A DNA stretch of 30,063 bases from an uncultured archaeon (lineage in GTDB: Archaea; Iainarchaeota; Iainarchaeia; Iainarchaeales; CSSED10-239), in assembly GCA_964468895.1 (NCBI GenBank), contig CAYXWT010000006.1, forward strand, positions 1 to 30,063, read 5' to 3'. The position numbers and the translations under genes were made by a program. The notes below the pieces were generated by a model. The model had not been told where the DNA came from, searched no databases, and saw only the letters and a list, made by a program, of their open reading frames with translations. Shown in pieces: positions 18,065 through 25,999 of the stretch (positions within the stretch are counted from its first letter, which is position 1; each line of letters begins with the position of its first letter).

Positions 18065-20910
18065 TCTAACACCCTCTTTAAACAAATAGTATTATATTGA
18101 CAATCCTTACAAACATTATCTTTAAGTGGTTTATATTCAAAACTATTTTCTAAATAATTGTTTATTAATTTATATTGTTCTTTTAGAAATTTAATAAAAT
18201 TATCTAAATCTTCTTTAAAAAAAAGAACTTTTGAACAATTCTTATAAGAGCAAAATCTAATTTTATAAATTTGATTAGGGATATTAAGTATAAGCTTTTT
18301 TGATTTTGTAAATTCACCTATATATTTACATAAATCATCATACCACTTTAATTTTTGATAATCTTTTAAATTATAATTTAAAATATTAATTTCTAAGTCA
18401 TGATTATTAAGATAATTTAAAAGATTAGACTCTCCAATTTTATTAATTAAATTAATTCTTTCTTGAGATGTTTTCAATATCTCAATAAATTCATTTGTTT
18501 TTATAAATTCTGAATAATATAAATCCACATATTTTACTTTTATAATATTACTATCATATAATTGATTACCTTTTTCATCTATTTCTTCTAATTCTTTAAA
18601 GTCAACTATATTTTTTTTAATAATAGTATTTTTGTTACTAAAAGGAAAATAATAATGAAATTCAATATTTTTATTTTTATTAAATTCAAGAGAATTTAAA
18701 TTAAGAATGTACAATAATGCTTGAAAATCTATATTTACTGCATTACCATTATTTTCATAAGTATTAGCATTATCAATATTAACACCATTTTGATAATCAG
18801 ATTTATTTTCATTCTTACTACTACTAACTACTAATTCTTTATTTGAATTTTTAAAAATGCTAGTTGTACTTTTTTTCAATTTAGAACTTTTATAATCTAT
18901 TATTAGATTATTATTTACTATTAAGTCAATAACACCTTTTATACTAAAAGTTTTATTTTCAAAATAAAATTCATTATTATTGGATTTTAATTTTACATTT
19001 AGTTTTTTCGCAAATATATTACACGTTTTATTTTTTACAGGCTTTTCTAAACTATTTTCTAAATTATGTACAATAATATTAAGATTATTTAAAAAAGCAA
19101 TACAATTCAATAGTGCAATTTTAAAATTGGTTCTTTCTAATTCATAATCTATTTCATTTATAAAAAAACTAAAATCTTGCATAATAATATCTAAAAAATA
19201 ATCAATTCCTTTTTGTAAAACAAGTTCTTTATTTTCTATATAAAATTCACAAAAATAATGTAAAAGAGTTCCTTTTCTTAAATAAATATTATCTTCTTGA
19301 TCTAATAATTTATAAAAATCTAACTTTTTAGGACAAAGAACAAAGTTATTTAAAGTTGTTTTTGAAAAAACAAATTCACACTTTTTTTCTAAAATATCAT
19401 CATCAACAACATTATTCTTAATTAAACTGATGTCTTTATTTTCTTTATCTTTAATATTTGAAATTATTTTTTTAGTATTAAATATAGAATCATTAAAAGA
19501 AATAATAGATTTATTAAAAATCTTTAAAAAATAAAAACAAGGGTTTGTTTTTTGACCATTTAAATATTCAGTTACAAAATAGTAATTATATTCTCCTTGT
19601 TGAACTAATATTTTAAATTTATCTTGAGCTTTTTGATCTTGTATTTTACTATCTTTATAAGATTTACTTTTAATATTACTAATCCAATTATTATCTAAAC
19701 CAACATAGAAACAAACAGGTTTATCAACATACATTGAATTTTTACAATCTACAATTAATACACCTTTTTTGGTTTTTTCTAAAACTAAATCTAAATTAAT
19801 AATACCATATTTAAGATCTTTTAAGTTATTTAAATTTATATAGTTATTAAATATATGTAAATTATATAACACATCTTTAAATTGAAAAGGTAGTAATAAT
19901 TTGTTATTTTCAAAGAAATAATAGAGCTTATTATAAGTAATATTTTCTTTTTTTAGATTTAATAAAATATCATATAAATCATCTAAAATTTGATTTTGGT
20001 TAATTTTATTAATATATTGTTTTAAATAATAATTATAATATTTATTATTTATTTCTATATTTAATAAATTTAAAAAAAAGGCAACATCTTTTATTTTCAA
20101 ATCATCTGTATTATAACTTAATTCTATCAAATTAATAAAATCTCTAATAATTATATTTTCATATAAATAAGATTTTATATTTAAATCTATTTCTTTATTA
20201 TCTAATTTAGATTTTATTATAGGCAAGATTTCAGAATTAGTATTAAGAATTATTGCAACATCATTTTGATTATCTTTAGTTATCAAATTTATTAAATTAT
20301 CAACAAGTTCTTTATTATTATCAAAATTAAAAAAAGAATTAAATTCAGTAATAAATTTATCTTCTTTAAATATACTAATTACATCATAATTATAATTTAA
20401 AGGTAATATATTTTTATCAAGTTCAGTAAAGAAATCAACTCCAATTATTGCTAATTTTTTATTTGGAAATATTTCTTGAAAATTAAACTTTTCTATAGCA
20501 AATTCACAAGTATTTAAATTCTTATAAATATTAAAAACAGTTAATTCATCTTTATTTAAAAAACTTGGAATTTGATTTATTGATCCTTTATTTTTATAAA
20601 TGTCAATTATTTTTAAATAGGTGTTATGTATAAATCCTAAATCAATATTATTTAATTTTAAATTTTTAGTATTATTAATTAAATTATAAATTCTTATAAT
20701 AACTTCAGTAGTATCTAAGACTTTATTATTTAGAAATAAAATTGAATTTTTAGATGCAATTTCTTTAGGAGTATAAGCAAATCCTCCAACAATTGGTTTA
20801 TTTATAGATTTATTTAAAGCAGTTACTAATGCTGGATCTATACTTATAACTAAATCATAATCTTTTACTTCATTATATAATTCAGATATAGATTTTATTT
20901 TATTTAACAT
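18061..20910 (-). CDS. addB: AddB-like subunit: degenerate (Walker A-less) helicase-like scaffold plus a C-terminal Fe-S 'iron-staple' PD-(D/E)xK nuclease domain
   Basis: No GxGK[ST] motif anywhere. Helicase-relic segments are KLAIIGVDFFTELDKNIL and VLIVDCKNSMYVDKPVCFYVGLDNNW. The nuclease has FVLCPKKLDFY (first Cys, codon 19335..19333), GVIDLIVNNNLIIDYKSSK, DFQALLYIL and a terminal CKDCQYNTIC (C-x2-C-x5-C). This is the AddB/Cas4/Dna2 four-Cys arrangement. The gene is translationally coupled (ATGA) to the AddA-like gene. Confidence 0.75.
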   Translation of the reverse strand: MLNKIKSISELYNEVKDYDLVISIDPALVTALNKSINKPIVGGFAYTPKEIASKNSILFLNNKVLDTTEVIIRIYNLINNTKNLKLNNIDLGFIHNTYLKIIDIYKNKGSINQIPSFLNKDELTVFNIYKNLNTCEFAIEKFNFQEIFPNKKLAIIGVDFFTELDKNILPLNYNYDVISIFKEDKFITEFNSFFNFDNNKELVDNLINLITKDNQNDVAIILNTNSEILPIIKSKLDNKEIDLNIKSYLYENIIIRDFINLIELSYNTDDLKIKDVAFFLNLLNIEINNKYYNYYLKQYINKINQNQILDDLYDILLNLKKENITYNKLYYFFENNKLLLPFQFKDVLYNLHIFNNYINLNNLKDLKYGIINLDLVLEKTKKGVLIVDCKNSMYVDKPVCFYVGLDNNWISNIKSKSYKDSKIQDQKAQDKFKILVQQGEYNYYFVTEYLNGQKTNPCFYFLKIFNKSIISFNDSIFNTKKIISNIKDKENKDISLIKNNVVDDDILEKKCEFVFSKTTLNNFVLCPKKLDFYKLLDQEDNIYLRKGTLLHYFCEFYIENKELVLQKGIDYFLDIIMQDFSFFINEIDYELERTNFKIALLNCIAFLNNLNIIVHNLENSLEKPVKNKTCNIFAKKLNVKLKSNNNEFYFENKTFSIKGVIDLIVNNNLIIDYKSSKLKKSTTSIFKNSNKELVVSSSKNENKSDYQNGVNIDNANTYENNGNAVNIDFQALLYILNLNSLEFNKNKNIEFHYYFPFSNKNTIIKKNIVDFKELEEIDEKGNQLYDSNIIKVKYVDLYYSEFIKTNEFIEILKTSQERINLINKIGESNLLNYLNNHDLEINILNYNLKDYQKLKWYDDLCKYIGEFTKSKKLILNIPNQIYKIRFCSYKNCSKVLFFKEDLDNFIKFLKEQYKLINNYLENSFEYKPLKDNVCKDCQYNTICLKRVLE

Positions 20911-21062
20911 CTATTAAAATTAGAACAAAAATAAATAAAAATACATCTAAAATAAAATATCTAAAGAATATGAAAATACTTTAAAATAAATTAATTATAA
21001 CTTATAGATTAATTAAATAATAAAATTAATTTTTATAGATATTAATTTTGTTATTTAGAAAA

Positions 21063-21479
21063 TTAATCTAATTCATTAGTAGCAACACCAATATTTAGCC
21101 ATCTTAAATTAAAAGTATCTTTACTTTTATTACCTGCAATATCATTTATAGCTAATTGAATTATATAATCTCCAGGTTTACTTGCTGAAATTCTAACTTT
21201 CAATAAAGAATTATTTTCAAAAGCTATTTCTTCTAAATTATCAGAAGTAATATTTTCCCACAAATAAACAAAACCATTAGATGTTGCTGATTTGATTATA
21301 GTTCTATTAGTATCAATATCATCACCCACATCTACTGTTAGATTTAATATATCTATATCAAATTGATTTTTAAAAATTGTTTCTACAATACTATTTCCAA
21401 AGATATTTTCTCCAGAATCAATCAGTGTATCAATATCATTTACTTCTTTACTATTATCAACAAAAGTAAATGTCTCACA
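21063..21479 (-). pseudogene. Start-less C-terminal remnant of an Ig-like/beta-sandwich surface protein
   Basis: The frame is open from 21479 to the stop at 21063 (139 codons). The first candidate start is a GTG at 21329. There is no signal peptide. Content such as VRISASKPGDYIIQLAINDIAGNKSKDTFNLRW is typical of a terminal Ig-like domain. Upstream in frame there are TGA stops at 21480-82 and 21501-03. Confidence 0.35.
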
Positions 21480-21603
21480 TCAACTATTATTAATTATACT
21501 TCAACAGAATTCCAAAATCCACCATTAATAAAAATATTAAATTTATTTTTTTATTTTTAAAAAACAATTTTTAACACTATCCTAAATTTATTTTAACAAA
21601 ATT

Positions 21604-22227
21604 TTATATTTTTAAATCTAAATTAATTAAATCTTTTTTAAGTTTATTAGAATCACCAGTGAAATGAATTGCATTAAGACCTAATATTTTACAAGGAATA
21701 ATATCATTATTTAGATTATCTCCAATCATTAATGCTTCTTCTGGTTTAACGTTTGCTTTTTCAAGCATTTTTAGAAAAATATTTAAATCAGGTTTTAATA
21801 AACCTACTTGAAATGACAAAATTTCATAATCTATATAATCAAAAATAGAAGTTTCTTTTTTCATAATTTCAGCAGAATAATATGTACAATTAGAAATTAA
21901 TCCTAATTTATAATTCTGAGATAACTTTTTTAATAAAGGTATTACATAATCATAAGTTAAAAATTTAGAATCTTTAGATTTTCTTAATTCAAACCACCTT
22001 TTGGCAATTTCTTTAGGTTTATCTAATTGTGATTGCCTAGCTAATTCTTCATAAGCTTCTAATTTGCTATTCCATTTTTTAGTTTGAATTACTGTAGTAG
22101 ATATTTTTGAAAATTCAGACAAACTTATTTTTTGAGGACACATACTATACATTAATTCTCTTGTATTTGTACTCTGTTTTTTATATATAAGTGTATACCA
22201 CAAATCAAAAATTATTAATTTAATCAT
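21604..22227 (-). CDS. HAD-superfamily hydrolase (subfamily IA, dehalogenase/REG-2-like motif I)
   Basis: Motif I is LIIFDLWYTL, that is D-x-W-x-T rather than D-x-D-x-T. Motif II is GLISNCT. Motif III is LLKPD. Motif IV is MIGDNLNNDI. A helical cap lies between motifs I and II. Confidence 0.8.
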   Translation of the reverse strand: MIKLIIFDLWYTLIYKKQSTNTRELMYSMCPQKISLSEFSKISTTVIQTKKWNSKLEAYEELARQSQLDKPKEIAKRWFELRKSKDSKFLTYDYVIPLLKKLSQNYKLGLISNCTYYSAEIMKKETSIFDYIDYEILSFQVGLLKPDLNIFLKMLEKANVKPEEALMIGDNLNNDIIPCKILGLNAIHFTGDSNKLKKDLINLDLKI

Positions 22228-22240
22228 ATTTAAAATAATT

Positions 22241-23233
22241 TTAATTATTTATCATATTACAAATATAACCATCACCAGTTATAGTACTAGAACCTAAACT
22301 ATAACTTTCAGAAGTATGCCAAGAACCACTATTTTTAAAACTAATAAAATTATTTCTTAATTTACTAATATCATGATAATAACATTTTCTAGAATTATTT
22401 GCTTCTTCTATAGATTTATTCATAAGTTCAAGAGATTCTAAAACTCTTTCTTCATTAGTATCTCCAGATTCTAATCTTGCACTCATTTGTTCTTCTGTCA
22501 AATAATAATAAGCACTTAAAATATCTGTTAAAATAACACAATTATTATTACTATCTAAACCTTCAGTAGAATAAGTAGTTGAAGAATAAACAGATATATT
22601 CAAATCAAACAAATTAAATTCTTGATCTATTATAAATAAAAATTTAGACTTAGAACAACTCTCTAAAGTACTTACATAACAATCTATGTCCTCACAAATA
22701 ATAAATTCATTATTATCTACAACATCATTAGTAGAATCATTAGCATCATTAACATTATAACCTAAATTTTGATTAATAAGGTCAGCAATACTAGTATTAT
22801 CGTCAAAATAACTTGAATGTAAACTTCCTACAGGTACTCTTGAATCATTATCAACATTAGAATTACTATCAATTATAAATTCTTCTATAAAACCATTCAA
22901 AGTAAAAACTAAATAGATTCCTATACCTAAAACAACAAATAATACAATTAATAAATATAAAGTTTTATGTTCACTTTTATCTTCTTTATATTCTAGAATT
23001 TTAGGAATTATTTTTTCATTTTTAGATTTTTTTTTAGTAGTAGATAATTTTTTCTTAGAAATAGAAATTTTATTTTTAGGCTGCTTTTTAAAAGTATTAT
23101 CCTTATAACTGTTATCAATACTCAAAGGTATTTCATCTAAGTCTTTCAACTCTCCAAATTCCAAATCGTCTTCAGATTTTTTAAATAAATCTTTTTTTAA
23201 TTTGTCTAAAATTTCATCTTTTTTATTAACCAT
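22241..23233 (-). CDS. Hypothetical single-pass membrane protein (charged N-terminal cytoplasmic region, Cys-containing extracellular C-domain)
   Basis: The N-terminus is Lys/Asp/Glu-rich. The TM helix is TLYLLIVLFVVLGIGIYLVFTL, around residues 91-112. The C-terminal roughly 200 aa contain 6 Cys. I recognise no family motif. Confidence 0.5.
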   Translation of the reverse strand: MVNKKDEILDKLKKDLFKKSEDDLEFGELKDLDEIPLSIDNSYKDNTFKKQPKNKISISKKKLSTTKKKSKNEKIIPKILEYKEDKSEHKTLYLLIVLFVVLGIGIYLVFTLNGFIEEFIIDSNSNVDNDSRVPVGSLHSSYFDDNTSIADLINQNLGYNVNDANDSTNDVVDNNEFIICEDIDCYVSTLESCSKSKFLFIIDQEFNLFDLNISVYSSTTYSTEGLDSNNNCVILTDILSAYYYLTEEQMSARLESGDTNEERVLESLELMNKSIEEANNSRKCYYHDISKLRNNFISFKNSGSWHTSESYSLGSSTITGDGYICNMINN

Positions 23234-23352
23234 ACAATATCAACATAACAATATTACAAACCACATAAAAGTTAATAATATTTTTATAAAAAAGAATTTA
23301 TAAATAGATTGTAAAACTAAATTTTAAAGAAAATCATAAAATTTAATTAAAG

Positions 23353-24141
23353 TTATTTATTAGCACTAGAAATAATTAATTTATCATCATTTAGACGGTC
23401 TAAATATTTGATTTTTTTTTTAACAAAAGTACCAATAAGCTCTACACACTCACTATCTTTAATGTAATATTCTTTTACTCTGATAGTACTTAATTTTAAA
23501 ACTTGAAAAGAACTAAAATTAGTTAATTTTAATGTTGAATTTTTAGAAGAAATAGATTTTAAAGTATAATCCATATTACAACCTAAATTATAATATTGTT
23601 CTTTAGTAATTTCTATTACATTATAATTGCAGAATTTAGATTTAGATTTTATAAATTCATTAAAATTTAAAAAAGAAAAATCATTTTGAGTTTTTATATC
23701 TTTTGATTTTTTTGGATCCTTTAAAACAATTAAGTAATAAGCTTTAGGTTCTAAATAAAAATCTGAAAAATCTTTGTTTAAAATCTTAATAGTTCCAGAA
23801 CCATCAGATATACTTAAATCATTATGTTTTTGAAATACACCAATCTTATGAAAGTCATATCTCATAACATTCTGTAATAAAAAAATACAAGATGCCAAAT
23901 CTTTAGCATATCCAAAAGATTCTAAATCATAAAAATAAGCAACACATTTTTTATTAGAAAGAACAGTTTTAATTTCTTTAGTACTTTTTAAATCACCCTT
24001 AATTTTACATAATTGGTTTTTAAAAACAAGATCTTTTATGTTTTCTACTTTAAAATTTTCTAATTTTGAAGATTTACTTAAAAAATATAATACAAAAACA
24101 CCAATTATAATAATAACTAATACAATTATTAATCCAATCAT
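23353..24141 (-). CDS. Hypothetical N-terminally anchored membrane protein
   Basis: The N-terminal TM helix is MIGLIIVLVIIIIGVFVLYFL. A roughly 240-aa soluble domain follows with no recognisable motif. Confidence 0.5.
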   Translation of the reverse strand: MIGLIIVLVIIIIGVFVLYFLSKSSKLENFKVENIKDLVFKNQLCKIKGDLKSTKEIKTVLSNKKCVAYFYDLESFGYAKDLASCIFLLQNVMRYDFHKIGVFQKHNDLSISDGSGTIKILNKDFSDFYLEPKAYYLIVLKDPKKSKDIKTQNDFSFLNFNEFIKSKSKFCNYNVIEITKEQYYNLGCNMDYTLKSISSKNSTLKLTNFSSFQVLKLSTIRVKEYYIKDSECVELIGTFVKKKIKYLDRLNDDKLIISSANK

Positions 24142-24220
24142 AATTTACTTAAATAGGGATATATTTAAAAAATTAATGTGATCTATTAATAATATATCAA
24201 TTTAAAAAAAAAAATCCTAC

Positions 24221-24224
24221 GGAG
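24221..24224 (+). promoter_or_regulatory. Shine-Dalgarno-like GGAG, 9 nt upstream of the ATG at 24234
   Basis: The sequence reads cctacGGAGatgatcttaATGaca. The spacing favours the second ATG over the ORF-track start at 24225. Confidence 0.4.
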
Positions 24225-24233
24225 ATGATCTTA

Positions 24234-24503
24234 ATGACAGAAATATTCACTGCTTGTGACCAAAGAGTTTGTAATTGTCCAGAAGTTGTATACAAAGGGA
24301 AATTTATATACATCATAGATGATTATGGAAATATGGCTAAATTCTATGACATTGTATTTAATCAAATTGTAAAAGCAACATCTTTAGAAGGTGATGAAGA
24401 ATATATTACTTTACAAGATGATTATGAAAATGAAGTATGTATGCTTAAAGAACAATGGAAAAAAATAGTTTCAAATCATAACTCTAAAGAAGGTAAATTA
24501 TAA
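24234..24503 (+). CDS. Small acidic hypothetical protein (89 aa) with an N-terminal C-x5-C-x-C motif
   Basis: Translation is MTEIFTACDQRVCNCPEVVYKGKFIYIIDDYGN.... It is the only plus-strand gene in a minus-strand block. I recognise no family. Confidence 0.45.
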   Translation: MTEIFTACDQRVCNCPEVVYKGKFIYIIDDYGNMAKFYDIVFNQIVKATSLEGDEEYITLQDDYENEVCMLKEQWKKIVSNHNSKEGKL

Positions 24504-24543
24504 TATTAATAATTTAACTTTATTTTCTTTATAATTTACATTA

Positions 24544-25044
24544 TCATTTAATAGTAACAAAAGAATATTCTCTACAACCATCTATATTAAGTTTTATATC
24601 TAGTGGTTTAGTTAGATTTTTATATCTATAACTATTAGAAAGTAAACTGGTATTTAAATTAGAGTTTTTATTTTCAAAAATTAGAGGTGTTTTATCAGTG
24701 ATTTCAATACCTTTAGAATCTGCTATGTTAATTACTAAAGTTGCAGTTTCATTTTCAAAATCTGTATTTAAACTTAAAATAAGACCTTTTTTAGAATCAT
24801 AAGAACTAGATTTTACAGTCACACTCATACAACTAAGAGTTTTTCTTCTTCTTACATTATTAGATACAGATGGAAGCCCATCTTTTTTATCTCCTAATAA
24901 AAAGTTAAATATATCTGTTAATTTTTTGTTGAATGCAGAATCTTCTCCACCAGATTCTAATGAAGAATTTGAAAAATTCATAAACATAAAATATAGTATA
25001 CCACCTATAAGAACTACAAATATAAATATTGCAAAAGTAGTCAT
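24544..25044 (-). CDS. Hypothetical N-terminally anchored membrane/secreted protein
   Basis: The ORF track starts at 25092. The ATG at 25044 (MTTFAIFIFVVLIGGILYFMFMNF...) is preceded by AGGA with a 6-nt spacer, whereas 25092 has no SD-like element. The soluble C-domain looks beta-rich. Confidence 0.45.
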   Translation of the reverse strand: MTTFAIFIFVVLIGGILYFMFMNFSNSSLESGGEDSAFNKKLTDIFNFLLGDKKDGLPSVSNNVRRRKTLSCMSVTVKSSSYDSKKGLILSLNTDFENETATLVINIADSKGIEITDKTPLIFENKNSNLNTSLLSNSYRYKNLTKPLDIKLNIDGCREYSFVTIK

Positions 25045-25314
25045 TATACTTCCTTTTTGGGTTAATAAAAAATATTTTTTTATTGAAAACATAAAATATC
25101 AATTTATTTTAAAGTAAAATATTAAAAAAATGTAATTTTACATTTATAATATTCTAATATATATTTACTAAAATCTTTTTATATAAAGATTGTTTTAATA
25201 CTTTAATATAATAAATTTAAAAAAAAATCGAAATATATAAAAATAAATGTATATATTAATATTTTTGAACAATTAAAAATTAAATATAAACTTTTTGTTA
25301 AATTATGATGATTT

Positions 25315-25995
25315 ATGAATAAACTACAATCAATTGGATTTATATTAGATGGAAATAGAACCTATGGTAAAAAAAACAATCTGAAATATTCTGTTGCTTA
25401 TCAAAAAGGAGCTGATAAAGCTATACAAACAATAAATCATATTTATAATAATTATAAAGAAATTAAACAAATTCAATTATATGCTTTATCTAAAGAAAAT
25501 ATTGAAAATAGAAGTAAATTTGAACTAAAAGAATTATATAATTTATTTTTAAATAATTTTGATATTATAAATAATTTTAAAAATAAAGATGTTAATTTTA
25601 AGTTTATTGGAAAATTAGATTATTTTTCTAAAACTATTAAAAATTATATTTTTAAAATACAAAATAAAAATAAAAATGCTAGATTAACTGTTTACTTATG
25701 TATAGGTTATGGTGGAAGAAAAGAAATAGTTGATGCAGTAAATTTAATTATTAGTAAAAAAATTAAAAAAGTAAATGAATCTAATTTTAGAAATTATTTA
25801 TATGATTCAAAATTAATTGATCCAGATATAATTGTAAGAACTTCTAATAAAAAAAGATTATCTGGATTTTTATTATATTATTCAGCTTATTCAGAACTTG
25901 TTTTTCTTAAAAAATTATGGCCAGAAATAACTACTAAAGATATAGATAAAATAATAAGCAATTATAAACTAATAAATAGAAATTTTGGAAAATAA
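25315..25995 (+). CDS. uppS: cis-Prenyltransferase (undecaprenyl-diphosphate synthase family)
   Basis: Motifs: IGFILDGNRTYGKK (DGNRRwA motif); LYALSKENIENRS (fS.EN..R); IGYGGRKEIVDA; PDIIVRTSNKKRLSGFLLYYSAYSELVFLKKLWPE (RTSGE.RlSnFLlWq.aYsEl.F....WPdf). Confidence 0.85.
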   Translation: MNKLQSIGFILDGNRTYGKKNNLKYSVAYQKGADKAIQTINHIYNNYKEIKQIQLYALSKENIENRSKFELKELYNLFLNNFDIINNFKNKDVNFKFIGKLDYFSKTIKNYIFKIQNKNKNARLTVYLCIGYGGRKEIVDAVNLIISKKIKKVNESNFRNYLYDSKLIDPDIIVRTSNKKRLSGFLLYYSAYSELVFLKKLWPEITTKDIDKIISNYKLINRNFGK

Positions 25996-25999
25996 ATTT

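Noticed and set aside
21363-21560. 65-aa plus-strand ORF
   Set aside because: It has a TTG start, a low-complexity translation, no SD-like element and no motif. It overlaps the open but start-less upstream part of the minus-strand Ig-like remnant.
25045-25092. Possible archaeal class III (prepilin-like) signal peptide, MFSIKKYFLLTQKGS|IMTTFAIFIFVV
   Set aside because: This reading depends on the upstream ATG at 25092, which has no SD-like element. The downstream ATG at 25044 does have one. The KGS context is only a loose match to the [KR]G|[ASQ] cleavage motif, and no pilus-assembly genes (PilB/PilC-like, prepilin peptidase) are nearby.
24905-25117. ORFs 24905..25102 (-) and 24926..25117 (+), which overlap the 5' end of the gene at 24544..25092
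   Set aside because: These are alternative-frame or antisense readings of the hydrophobic N-terminal coding region. Neither has independent support.
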